A stretch of 64,000 nt of DNA from Marsupella aquatica (Eukaryota > Plantae > Marchantiophyta): contig OZ316894.1 of the NCBI GenBank assembly GCA_973895155.1, forward strand, positions 18,886,805-18,950,804, given 5' to 3'. The translations under genes were made by a program, and so were the position numbers. A model generated the notes under the pieces. It did not search any database and was not told where the DNA came from. It saw only the letters and a program-made list of their open reading frames with translations. Shown one piece after another: positions 26,137-38,765 of the stretch (its first letter is position 1; every line of letters begins with the position of its first letter).

Positions 26137-29100
26137 GTCAGTTTAGGGGAAAAAGTGCTTTGGGACATCCGTGAGTCTGTTTCTTCGCGTGGATGCCAAA
26201 GCCATGGTTCGTGAGGGTGGTGGGCTAGAAAACATGCTGCCATAGCCATGGAGGTTCGTCAGTGTGCTGGGCTTGAAAATCGGCTGTAATCGACATGGGG
26301 GTTTCTGCTTGCGCTGGGCTGAATGAATGTTCAGTGGAATCGCCATGTTCTGAAAAACCTAACGCGACCAAAATTGTGTCATCCTGCTCTGCTGCGATCT
26401 TCCATATGTACAGATACTTGGAAAAGCGAAGTCTCCCATTTTCATTCAGAGTAACATCTATGTGAACAAGAGCAATGGCTGATGCCAATAGCAGTATAAC
26501 CGGAAGATGACGGATGAACTCTGGCTGTGGAGTGTCACCTAAAGCTCTCCATAATTATCCAAACTTTGCATTTACTTTGCTTCAAAATGAAATCTCAATC
26601 TGTAACCGAGGTAGCCGACACGGATTGAAAGATCACAGCAACTCATATACAATCATATACAACAAAGAATCAAGCCTGCAATGGATATTGGCAACTATCG
26701 ATCCTGCCGGCCTTTTACTTTGCAGACTTCGCCAATGTTTACGACTAAAACTGAGCCTCAATTAGATGTCGGGCAACTAATCATGGTTGATTTTGTAGCG
26801 AGCATGGGGTGAAATTCCGGCACCGTCGTCCTTCGCGAAATTCCTTGCATAGTCTCCATATAACAGAGAGGTGTATTTTGCTTGTTCACCATATCTCTTG
26901 AGCACCGCGTCTAGTGGCTGGATAATGCACTTTGGTCCAGGAAGCAAAAGCAGCAACGGAAAGGCGGCGAGAGCGCGTTGTTCCGATTTACCAGCACTCT
27001 AGTAAACTCTGTAATCTCCCATTGATCATTATCTGCAAGCATCGGCATAGCAGAAACAAAGATTAATACCCTCACCTTCAAGAATGGCAAAGATAGCAAT
27101 ACACCGCGCTTCATATTTGCCAGTGAAGCTTCAATGGCGGCAGATCTCAGTTGCCCAAAACTGGCACAGTCCCAAATCCTGACAAAGCAGACTCTTCTAA
27201 GATTAGCCGTGGGTAGGATCATTCTGTAACGGGCCTTGAAAGTGACAAAGATTTCTGATAGTCAGGAAAACATGTTGCATGATTCCGAGCACACAAAGAG
27301 TCAACTGATTAATAGCTTTACTTGCACAAGCATGATCAATTTTGCCGCAATCTTTACTTGGGCGCACTACAACAGATCTCATGAAGTCACACATGACTTG
27401 TAATTGACGAAGTCTGAGTTTGACAGCGAGCAAAGCACCCTCTCACAAAAGCAGGAGTTTTTAAGGTGTTGCGTAACTTTTCCCACACAAGCAGAGCAGA
27501 GTAGAGCAATGGTCTATTTTGCAGCAATCTATGCTTGGGAATTTGCAGCAGTCTATACTTGGGGCTCACCACTCTTGTACTCTCACCACTCTTTGTAGCT
27601 TGTCGGGTCATTGTTCGACATGGCTGAGGTCGCCCTTCGCTACAAAACCCCTTTTTCGCTTCTACAAAAGTGTACCTGCTGGCAGCAATCTATACTAGGG
27701 AATTTTTCTTCTCCACCATATCTCTTGAGCACCAACGTCGGGGGGCCAAAAACCTTGTGAGCACCCACACCCAATACTTTCTCGGGCTCGTTGCACTTTG
27801 GGTAATTTTTCAGTCAAATAACCAAATTCTCCTGTATGCATGCAAACTTCCCCCGACGATTGTTGGGGGAAACAGATTCGCCTTGAGCCAAGTTCACTAC
27901 ACTGCACGATTTCAACTCCTGACTTCCGAAATATCCATGTGGGAGTGGGCGACCCTAGAAATGTTCATGGTCATTGAATATATGTGATGGGCGAAGAGTA
28001 TTGCAGAGCCTTGCCCACGCTAGACGGAAAAGTATGGACAGAACCTAATGAAAAAGAACTTGCACAATCAATCCATGCATCGTTGCTACTGCTAGCCATC
28101 GCCAAAGCTTACTGGTCACTTGGATAGAGAACGTCCATGCCATTACTGCCAGCTGAGAATGTGAATGCCAGAACCCGATGCTTGGATCTCCTTCCAGACG
28201 GTTCACAATGTGAAAGCCAGCTAAAAACTTGGCATGCGCATCCGTATCTTTGAGACAGAATTGGCAACAAAAGACAAGCAAAGCGCAACTGCTACTATAT
28301 GAATGATCGATTTCATGGATTGTTCTATTATAAGCTCGATTGCACAGTCGAGCTGTCACACTCTCGAGTCTGTACCTGCAGATTGTGCTTGATTTACGTC
28401 TTTGCTTATATTTGATGACCAATGATGTTTGCACATTGCTGAGAGAAGATACGACAGCTTAGCAGGGCCGCTTCATCAATTTTGAACATTCATCTAAAAC
28501 CACATGATGTCCGTGAGCACACTAGCCCCGTGACTCTTTCATTGATACTTACCATCCTACCTCAGTCTGCGATAGGGGAAATCAATCTGCTTCACAGAAC
28601 CTAACTTTTCCTATCCTTCTCTATCCATCCTCTAACCATTTCCACAATGTTTGTGAGCATCGTGAATCGGCGATGCTTCTCCTGCCTTTGGCCATGCACT
28701 TCAAGTTAGTCGTAGATGAGTTGGGAACAGACTGCACTACATCTTAGTCATAGATGAGGCGGGTAGTTCCCAGGTGCAATGATCGTGTTACACATAATGA
28801 CACGGTAGGATGAACATGGTTTACACGAAACGGGAGCCGGCTAGTTCTAGCGTGCATTTCTCGGTAACGTACAGGGTCGGGGCAAGATGGCATGGTTTCA
28901 TAGGGGAAAACAATCTGCCAAGTATTGTGACAAATCCATTGATGTCACAATTGAGAACGATACATGGGCATGGAAAGGGAAGTAGCCTCGACTCCTCCTA
29001 GACGGTGATAGTCTCACAAATTTGATTTAGAAGCTGCCAAAAATGAGGGGCACTCGTGTGATTGAAATGCAGATTTGGTGAGAGAGACCACCCACCTTTT

Positions 29101-29338
29101 GTTTGTGACTTTCCGTCAAGCAAGGCATTTGTTTTTGGACTTGCCAAGTAGCAAGGCACTCACTTGGGTCAAATACACGGCATTTGCATTTGTTGGAAGG
29201 GAAGGTATGAACCTACTAACTAAACTCTTGCATCTATTTCCATAAGTGCATTTTTGTGAGCATGGTACTAGACAAATATAAGGACTTCTAAATTGCAAAA
29301 TGTTGTTGTTGTATTGTGTGGTTGCCAGAGTAGGAGAA

Positions 29339-32300
29339 ATGGTCCGTCAACCTCAAAGGATTGATTATCACCGAGTTGGGGCCAATATTACATGTAGGCT
29401 TCCTGTAAGTCATATAAGTACATACCATGACTTACAGGGTGCCCTCAAAATGTCCCATGGGAAGGTGTTGGCTTGGCTTATGGATGGTATGTCCATGCAA
29501 ATCATTGCTGCTATTAGCTCTCATCAGAGACAAGATAAAGAGGAAGTAACAGCATTTGAGGGTCCTAATGACTTCGGATGGATAAATAATGAACACCTTG
29601 CTAATGAAGAGGACTTGGGAACATTTGGGATCATTGCTGAGGTACTTTAATATCATTTTTTATTATACTTTCAAGATTGCTTGCTTTTTATAATCCTTGT
29701 TTTTCTAGGTTTTCATTAGAGTAAACCTCTTCTAGCATCTTTTTTTGCTGTATTGAAAAAATTGGGGTTATTCAAAATGTAGAGGTTTTGTCGTTGGTAT
29801 ATCATGATTTAGTATCGTTTTGAACATGTGTTTTTATTTTTTTTCTTGCAGCCATCTTGTGGTGCAGGGTCATCCCGGGTTCCTAATGGTGACGAGTCCA
29901 TTCCTAACGAGGCATCACCTTCAGATGAAGAGCAAGATGATTCAAACTTGAACACTAGTGTATTTGACCACATCGAGTCTGGGGAGGAGGATGCGGACCA
30001 CATTCTGGATTCCAACATAGACGTGGAAAATGGTTCTATGATGTCCATTTCCCAGGTACCTTTGTTTAAATAGGGATTTTAATCCTTTTGCTTTGTGTTA
30101 GATTTGTTCCATAAATTGACAAGTCATGCAAATGAGGAACTTTACTATACATAACAAATGCATTCATTTTATGTAAACCTTAGTACCTTCAACTAAGAAA
30201 CATATATTGCATCCTAAACTCTTAACAGATGTCAAATGAGGATGGAGCCATTCGTTTGCTGGAAGTGGCTGATCCAACTACATTTGGATTAGACAATATG
30301 GTTTTCATGGATTCTGGATTTGAAGAGAATCACACTCAGGTATTGTATTTTTTCAACAATGTTGTCATTGACTGTCATTTGCATCAATTCACAGCTATAA
30401 TTATAAATTTTCTATTTATTGCATCTTTACATAGTTTACTAATTATCGTGTGCTTTCTAGGCATCTACTTCTATGGAGCAAGTAGAAGTTCACTCTCGTT
30501 TGGATTTTGAGTACGAGAAATCGTCTCAAGAGAATACAAATGATCCAGACCCTGAAAGTCTAGTGGAGTATCTTTTTGGCAAAAAAGCAAGGTCCACGAA
30601 TTTTTCCAGGAATTTTGTGTGGATTGTCGTGTTGAAGGTTGTGTTGGTAAGTATTTGGTCGAGGACATTGTGACCCACCATCAGTTATGGATATTGAAGT
30701 TGAAATGCCCAATAGGGCATACACAATCTTTCATGACTGGACAGAATGAACTTCATAGAGGTATGTCATCTGCTCAAATTAATACTATTATTTTACTTTT
30801 GTATTGAAATTCTTTAATATTGTGTGTTTCCTTTTTAGAATTTTATAAGATCTTGTTTTATTGATGATTACAGGTGTACCTGCAATCACTGGACTAATTT
30901 ACCACTCCGCTCTATCTGCTGGTCTAACACACAACATCATATGTGAACTATTCTCTCACATTGAGATCCATGTTCCAAGAAATACCCATTGGTTTCGATT
31001 TCAAAATGGAGCCCGAAGAGATATTGGATGGATTGCAGCAGTACTGCAAGTCTGGAATGATAAAAAACAAAGGTTGCAACGAAGCCTAGCAGAAAGAGAT
31101 GGTATGTCAGTCTTCTTTGTAATGAAGCATTTTTTAGTTAGCAAGATTGATTGATGAATTTATCAATGATTTATTACACACTAGGTTGTTAGAGCTTGCA
31201 TGTACATGTTGGTTTCTAAATATTATTTTGTGGATGTATGATAATTGTAGGTTCACTCCAATTATTTTATATGTGGATTGTCGTTGGGACTCATCACGTT
31301 CAGGATATCATGGCATTGTTCCTGTGATAGACGTGACTACCAGTAAGGTAGTAGAGCTTGTAACAATTGACCGAGTTGAGGCTGGGAATTCAGGCGCTAT
31401 TGAGGCAATTAGTGTTCGTCATGCCTTGCAACATCTTCAGGATGTTGGAGTTACAATTGGTGAGGTTGTTCACGATGATAACAACACAGTTGATGCTATT
31501 CTCCGTGAGCTCAATATCGACAACCAGAAGGATCTATGGCACAAATGTAAGAATCTTTTGAAGCAGTTTAACAAAGAGCTAGCGAATGTGAAAGAAACAG
31601 CACCTGCTAGTGGGATTGATGGTGCAATATCCTTGCAAGAATTGGGCAGATTCACTGTTCAAGTGTTGTCAAATTGGTGCAAGAACCAAAATTTGAGGTA
31701 TACAGGTAATAAGACAGAGTCGGTGCACCGCATTGGAAGACAAAGAGGGCTTCCGGAGGAGGACATCACATTGCACACCAGGAGGCAATTGAAGTATCCA
31801 GAACTCATAGAGAAACAACTTGGTGATAAGTTGAAGAGTTGGTTCTACTATTGTTGCTGCAATGCAAAAGAAAGGTAAGATCGCAACTACGGTATTAAAT
31901 TGCATTGAAATTAGCATGAGCAATGAACTCTTTCATTATCTGAACTAAGCTAACTTTCAAATTATATTGTAATGACTACTTACGAACAGGGGAAATGATG
32001 ATGCTACCATGTTGGCTAGGGAGATCATCACAGCAACTGATCACTGGGCTGGTAACCATGAACCTTGCAAAAACCTTCTTCCTTGCAAGTGTTGTGAGGA
32101 AGGTGCAACTTATATGCCATACTATGCTGCAGGTAATATGTATTGATTGATAAATTTGGTTATAACTTGTGTATTTATGAGATGAATAATGTGTTACTTT
32201 GGATTGTTACCTAATCTTTTGGGATTTCTAATATTTTCACATATATGTATTCTTGTGGATTTTGCAGGGAGTGCTACGCATACAGCTTTGAAGCAATGGT

Positions 32301-32629
32301 TGCATAAGAACGTCACTGCAGTCAATGTTCGCTTCTACACTAGAGCCCGAGCAAACTTTTTCAGTGAAACATTTCATGGAAACATAAACAAATATGCTAT
32401 GAAGAGGATTCATTTTTCCATGACTCACGAAGCCCGCATGGCATGTGCTGCAATGTGTTGGAATGAAAACATTGGTCGAGAGGTGGTACGAGTTCGAACA
32501 CGGCAACCTAGTAATACATGTACCCGCCAGCGTACATCAACGGTTCGTGACCTTGTTCCTAGAAGCATCAGGTGGAAGAAAGACGTGGGCCGTATCATAT
32601 TTGGAAGAGGTGTAGATTATGATTTGTGA
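29339..32629 (+). pseudogene. Spliced Kolobok-type DDE transposase, 8 exons, frameshifted
   Basis: Exons approximately 29339-29641, 29852-30055, 30229-30339, 30461-30760, 30874-31101, 31251-31874, 31990-32132 and 32268-32629. Motifs: CRVEGC..CPIGH, VDCRWDS, GNSGAIE, VVHDD, DLWHKCK, HWAGNH, SETFHGNINKYAMKRIHF, ARMACAAMCWNEN. There is a 1-nt frameshift near the A-run at 30581-30586 and a phase mismatch at the exon 5/6 junction. Confidence 0.8.
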
Positions 32630-33514
32630 TACTTCCACCCTTGTTACAATGCATTTGACATGCATTTAGGACATATGTAAGTTGTAGGATTTACTATATA
32701 AATTTGTTATGTTTTGAGGCTCAAATATCACCTTGCCATTTATTTTTGTTTTTGCAATAAAATATATATTTATAGGATGTGAAAGTTAGGGCTTAGCACC
32801 ATCAATGAAAGTTAATATGAGTTATGTCACCGTATTGAAACTCATTGGGAAATGGCCATGGACCTTAAACCCTTACCTGCCCTGCCTATGATAGAAGGAT
32901 AACATGCAGCATGGCATGGCAAAAAAACTTAGTGGATACATTGCAAATACTTTTCATAATTTAACAATACTCCAAAGGGGAATCGAACCCCTCATGCTGC
33001 CATCCAGTAGGAGTTCCAACCCAAAGGAGGGGAAGGAGGCACAAGCCAAACAAACACAAAAAAACAAGTACTAGCACAAAGAACCCATACAATGATAATA
33101 CTAGAAATGAACAAATATATATACCTTACAAATTGGGCCCTCAAAAAAACAATGCAGAAACCAAGATGGTGTTTGCCTTGAAGTTCCCAAGGATTTTGCG
33201 GTGCAATTTGGAAAAAGAAGGAGGCAAATGCCAAACAAAGAAAATGAAATAATATAATAGAACAAAGAAACCTTGGAACAATAAGTAAGCATGAATGAAA
33301 ACATAGGTACAAAGCCTTAGAGCACTAAAGGCATACATCAAGTGAACACAATGTTTGCTTAGCGACTCCCAAGCTATTTACACTTGCGAATGGGAAAGGA
33401 AATGAGGCACATGTAAAACAAACATGAAAAAAACTGATGAACAGAGAACCCATGAAAATTTAACTCAAGTGACGAAACAACAATGGTGAAGAGAAAAAAA
33501 CACAAGTTACAAAC

Positions 33515-34184
33515 CTAAAATCGGAAACCTACATGTTGTTCGCCCGGTAGTTCCCACGTGACTGCTGCTGGGAAGGGTGTTCTGTCCGCAAAGCTAGCAA
33601 CATATGCTAGTTTGCGATACACAACATACCTCTGTCGACGAGGAACTGTTTCAGTGTATGCCCATGCGGCACACATATGAAAAGCTTCAGCTGTGGCAGG
33701 GGAAAGAAGCTGGGCAGAGTTGAGGTCCTGAAGGTTCTCGTCAATTGCTGTGCAAAAAGCTGGGAACCTAGCAACTATGTGAGCATGTCTGAAAAGTCAG
33801 AATTTTTGACGTCCCGGTGGAGGAACAGGCCATGATAAGTGATATGTGTCATCTCCATAAGAGATCAGCTCCGCTGGTCTGTTATGATGTTGAGCACTCC
33901 TACAAAAACATAGGAAATTGAACACATGCAATTAGTATCTCAGATAGCAAAGTAAACCAATTAACTGTTGTTTGATGGAGGTTATATTGTACACCAAATG
34001 AGCAAGGACAAGCAAGGTTTATGCTTGCATGAAAGAAATTCAATTGTAAATGCAAACATGTCCAAGAAGAATATGAAGGGTAAGTAGAAAGTTTTATGCA
34101 TGCATAATTGAAGGCCTTGGGTCAATTGGAAAAGAAATTTCAAAATGTAGGCATGCATGATTGAATGTACCTGGAATTATTCAT
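33515..34184 (-). pseudogene. KolX-like (P2X7 C-terminal-like) accessory gene of the Kolobok element
   Basis: Exons 34184-34171 and 33899-33515 give MNNSRSAQHH...RRQRYVVYRKLAYVASFADRTPFPAAVTWELPGEQHVGFRF*. This resembles the KolX pattern RYxAYR..R.PLP.CV...P....Y.GF. An in-frame TGA lies at 33797-33799. Confidence 0.65.
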
Positions 34185-37100
34185 GTTGACTGCAAGGGTG
34201 ATCGATAGCCCCTTCAATAACGTCCAGGGTAAGTCTATTCTGAACAACTAAACTGCAGTGGGGCCGATTGAAGAACAAAATGAGTGAACAACCAAGGTTC
34301 AGAGAAAATGAGTTGTGTGAGTAGTTCAAGCATGCCCTAGGTCCTGGAAAAGAGTAGGCTAGCGAACGACCAAGGAACAGAGAAAATGAGCAGCAAGTGT
34401 ACTTGAAGCAAGCCCGCCCTTCTTACTGGAGTCACAAAGTGTTGTGAAAGTGAGATTGAAGCAGTCCAACCAACTACACAATTTTGGCTAAACCGATTGG
34501 AAAAAGCTAGAACCAATTATGGAAGTATAGAACTTTTCTTTACGCAACCAGTGTGAGAGCTGTGAACAAGCACAGTAGGTATGGGCAAGGCAAAACTGTG
34601 AGCGTCACTGGCCAGAGTAGCGCAAAGTGGGTGAGCTTGATTGGCCTAATGTATTTTACTAGGATACTTGAATTGACACAGCGGATGGGCGCCAGGATGG
34701 GAGGCCAAGTAATTGAGTGTGATTGGTCATAGAAAGATTTGTAGCAACATTCCGGATTTGCGTGTGGGTGATGCACTCGTCCATAGGTATGGAATGACCC
34801 GTGCAAAGAGTGTATTGAATAGATGTTGCCCGAGTAGTGGGTTCACAGCATGGGGAAACTTGATGTTCGATCACTTCCTATTATAACGAAGCTCAGGGGG
34901 GCGATTGATCAGGAGTTGAAGATCCTAAAATGAGCCAAACTAGTTCTGCAATTGCGTTGAAGGGAGAATTTTCCAATTTCCGGAACTTTGCTAGCACTGC
35001 TAGCGTATCACGGGGACCTATATTCTAGAATCCGTTATGTGTCGTCGTCATGAGGAATTGACCTGACCTTTTTCTGTGGCAGGAGTCGGGAGTGGAGTTG
35101 TGGGCGGATGAATGCCAAATAGCAAATCGCCGAAGATGAAGAGCTTCTTTTCTATCTGATGGACGTGCGATTGCAATCGTGGGTCGTTTGGTTAAATGCG
35201 CGATTGATGTCACGGGCTTTGAAATCGACACGAGGAAGAAGAATCCCGCCACCTCCAGAGGCCCTCGTGTTTGAGACCAAAAATTAGAATCCAGAGTTGG
35301 GGGCAGTGCTTGCACATAGTGTTCCTATGTTGTCATCTATTTTGGTAGTTTCTAAAGAGCAAGAAACGTTTGTGTGCATCTTGTGTTGGTTGCCGTCCGC
35401 AATCGATGTATGTGCGTTACATCGATAGTAGTTGTTAGCTGCCCAAGTTGCTCATCAGTGAGAATTCCAGCCATGTTTGTACTGTGGTGTGTAACTCAAC
35501 TATTGCAACCTGCCAATTACGATGTAAATATATACTTAGGTTGAGGGTCCTGAGCTCCCAACGAGTCGTTACCGGTTCCTTTTGACGTTCTTGTGTATGT
35601 CAATAGAAAGGTTCTCTACTTGCATTGAACGATATGCAAACCTGCTTGATCTTTTATGTCCTATTTTGAGTGCTCCTGCGCCAAACGAGTGCCCACTCCC
35701 ACTGCCGATTGTCATCACAGGAGATGCCTTCAAGGGACTCCACAATTCCTGCTCTAAGGCGTCGAGCTCTGTTTGTGAAATCTGGTCACTTCACAATCAT
35801 CTGAATTTGTGAAGTTCAGGTCAACGTGTGACATCGCTCATTGACTCTGCTCTGGACACACACAACATGGGAGTCAGGAGTAAAGCATGTCTGGTCTGGA
35901 CACTGAAGCATCACGGGCGAGAGGGGTTGCCCACCTAGGCTTGTGAAACCTCCGTAACAGAGTTGTGACAGGTGTAGAGCTGACCGGAGAAAAAAGTGAC
36001 TTGCCATAAAGAGTAGGGAATGCCCAGAGCTAAAGTAAAGTCTATATTAAGCAACCTGGTTATACCAGGTTTTTGTACTGGACAGTGGCGGTTTAAGTCA
36101 AAAATTATACATTAACTTTGTCGATAATTCAACTGTACACCTAGAGTATAATGTAGTATATTGGGAATATATTACATCTGACTGTGCAACTACAATATGA
36201 TGTAATATATATTGTGACTATATTAAATAAGTGTACCGTACAACTACTAGAATACAATGCAGCATATTGGGATACCCAATATGTAGGAAACCCAAGGAAG
36301 AAGTCCGCAAACAGAACTACTGTACATTTGGAATACATTAGCAAAACCAACAAAAAAGAGTCTAAAACCTTTTTTTCCACACTAGGAGACATGAATACAG
36401 TGTACCCGTGGATAAGTGCAGTGTGTCTAACTGCATTCTGTGGGTAACTGCAGGTGCAGGTGCCAGTCACTAAAAGACAAATATAGAAGGGCAATTTTTC
36501 TCTATAAAAGTATAGATGCATTAATCATCATGTGCAACACATATGATTAGAAGCATTTATTGATAAGTGCAGTAGACAACTACACATTGTAGTTTCATGC
36601 ACTTATCCAGTTGAATTGTGCACTATGAGGATTCTGTGCATGAGAAGTCTACATGTATGACATTTGTGGAAGTATGTGCATAAGTGATTTCATAGGCACT
36701 TATTGGAAAGCCCAACAGACACATATGGAGAAGTGTGTAATTCACTTATGATGAATGTGTAATTGAGTATGAGATTATGCTTATGACTTTTTTGGTGTGC
36801 ATTAAAGAAATATTTCTGACTAGAGCCCAAGGGAGATCAACTCAAGCTACAGACAAGATCTTTTTCTAAGATTTCTGGTGATGACTATGATCAAGGTAAG
36901 TGTTTATATGATTGCATGCTTTACTATGACTAGAATTTGTGTTGATTTGTTAATTGTGAAGTGACTTGATGTTAATTTGTCCATTCAATTTTTTACATGT
37001 CTGAGAAATTTTGTGTGAGTTTCTAGACAAATTTTGGAGTCACAAAAGTCACTACAAACAACCCCAACCTTTGAACAAGGCGTCAAATAGAGATTTCTTT

Positions 37101-37189
37101 CTCACTCTTTTTCCCCCATTCAATAAGTGTGATTGCTAAATGATCAAGCATGGACTATCTATACTTTCAAATTTAGAATGTCAATGAGA

Positions 37190-38132
37190 GGGCAAGATTT
37201 TGAGGCGAGGCAAAGATGTTGAGGTGAGGGCAAGATGTTAAGGTGAGGAAAAGATAGGGAGGTGCGAGAAAGATGTTAAGGCAAGGGCAAGTTGTCAAGG
37301 AGAGGCAAAGATAAGGAGGTGAGGTAAAGATGGTGAAGTGAAAAAAAATGTCGATGAGAGAAAGAGATGTTGAGGTGAGGAAAAGAAGTCAATGTGAGAA
37401 AAGGAGGACTGTCGAGGAGAGAAAAGATGGCAAGGTGAGAAAAAGATGTAAAGATGAGGAAAAAATGTAGAGGAGAGAAAATATGTTGAGGATGATGGAA
37501 AGACATTGTAGTGTCTAAGATAAAGATGTCAAGCTAGGTGAGATTAGATGGCAAGGAGAGAAAAGATGTCAAAGGCCAAAAAATGGTGTGGTGAGATAAA
37601 GATGTCAAGTTGAGGAGAAGATGTCAAGCTAGGTGAGATTAGATGTCAAGGAGAGAAAAGATGTCAAAGGCCAAAAAATGGTGTGGTGAGATAAAGATGT
37701 CAATGTGAGAAAAAATGGCAAGATGAGAAAAGATGTCAAGGTAAGGTAAAGTTGTTGTGGTGGCCGGTGTTTAATAACCTGTGTGTTGCACATAGAAATT
37801 AGAGACGTGAGTTAACGACCACCGCATCTATTCAACCCCTGTTTATTCTTTTATCCAAAAATTTCTGGCCTCCCTATTTCCTGCCCCCGCCCCCCCCCCC
37901 TCCCTCCCCCTCTCCCATCCTCTCCCTTTCTTTCCTTGCTTTCCCCTCTTGCCCTCCTAGGGGCTAACCCTTCCTCCTCCCCCTTTTTCTTCCCTTTAAC
38001 ACCATTTAAGAATTTAAAAAAGGAGTTAAAAAATGGGAAGAAAAGATGATTAACCTCCAAAAATTTAAATCTCCTTTTTAAGAGTACAAGCCAAAATAAT
38101 TTAATGTCAATGTACTCTACTATAATAACAGA
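37190..38132 (-). mobile_element. Second copy of the Helitron-like minisatellite-bearing repeat
   Basis: Degenerate AAGATGT(T/C)AAGGTGAG repeats include a near-exact ~100-bp internal duplication (37523-37705) and are followed by a C/T-rich tract. The minus strand starts A|TCTGTTATTATA at 38132, like a Helitron 5' TC end. Confidence 0.5.
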
Positions 38133-38529
38133 TCAAAAAATTTAATGTTCATTTTAAAGTAATTGATCAAAAAAGCTAAAAAAATAGCATTGTCATATTT
38201 GGATGGGAAAATATTGATATTTTAATATTTTACCACAACACTTAAAACTTGTTATTTGAATAACCAAAGATATCTCTAATCTTAACCAAAATGTAAGTAT
38301 TAGTAATTTGCATTCTGTTTGTAGAAAGTGATGCTCTTGGTAGGTAGATGACTCCCCTATATTTCTGTTTCATATTGTGAGGGTTAATATCCTAGCAGAT
38401 TCCATGTTACAAAAGTGAAATTTGTCCTTTGTTGGATTCCAAAAATCAGAAGATAATTCTTTGTGCCAAAAGTTATCCACTTAAATTGATTATTAATTGG
38501 GTATTATAATGAAAAGTTTTTAAGTCATA

Positions 38530-38765
38530 AATATCCTAAAACTTAAGAAAAGAAAGTAGATTTTTTACTATTTTTATCCCTAACTTTAGGGAATATTCTA
38601 TGAATGTTTTTGCATTTGTATTAAAAACCCCTTTAGTTCTTATAATTCTCAAAATTGGATTAAAATGTCTTTATATTTCTTCCACAATTTTTTAAAAAGT
38701 ATTCTACGCCCTTGAATTATAAAACCCCTTAATTCTTTGCTCGTGATGGGTCAAAAAAAAAAGAA
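38530..38765 (+). repeat. Dispersed repeat fragment shared with 62775-63000
   Basis: Shared blocks TAAGAAAAGAAAGTAGATT, GGAATATTCT, TAGTTCTTATAATTCTCAAAATTGGATTAAAA and TTCTTTGC...GATGGGT. Confidence 0.8.

Larger units (their letters stand above)
25966..36092 (+). mobile_element. Kolobok-superfamily DNA transposon, apparently full length (10.1 kb)
   Basis: TTAA lies on both sides (25962-25965 and 36093-36096). Perfect 13-bp TIRs ACCGCCACTGTCC / GGACAGTGGCGGT extend imperfectly to about 24 bp. The element encloses a DDE transposase and a convergent KolX-like gene. Confidence 0.8.

Noticed and set aside
25962-36096. piggyBac assignment based on the TTAA TSD
   Set aside because: The termini are not CC..GG, and the transposase motifs and convergent second gene fit Kolobok.
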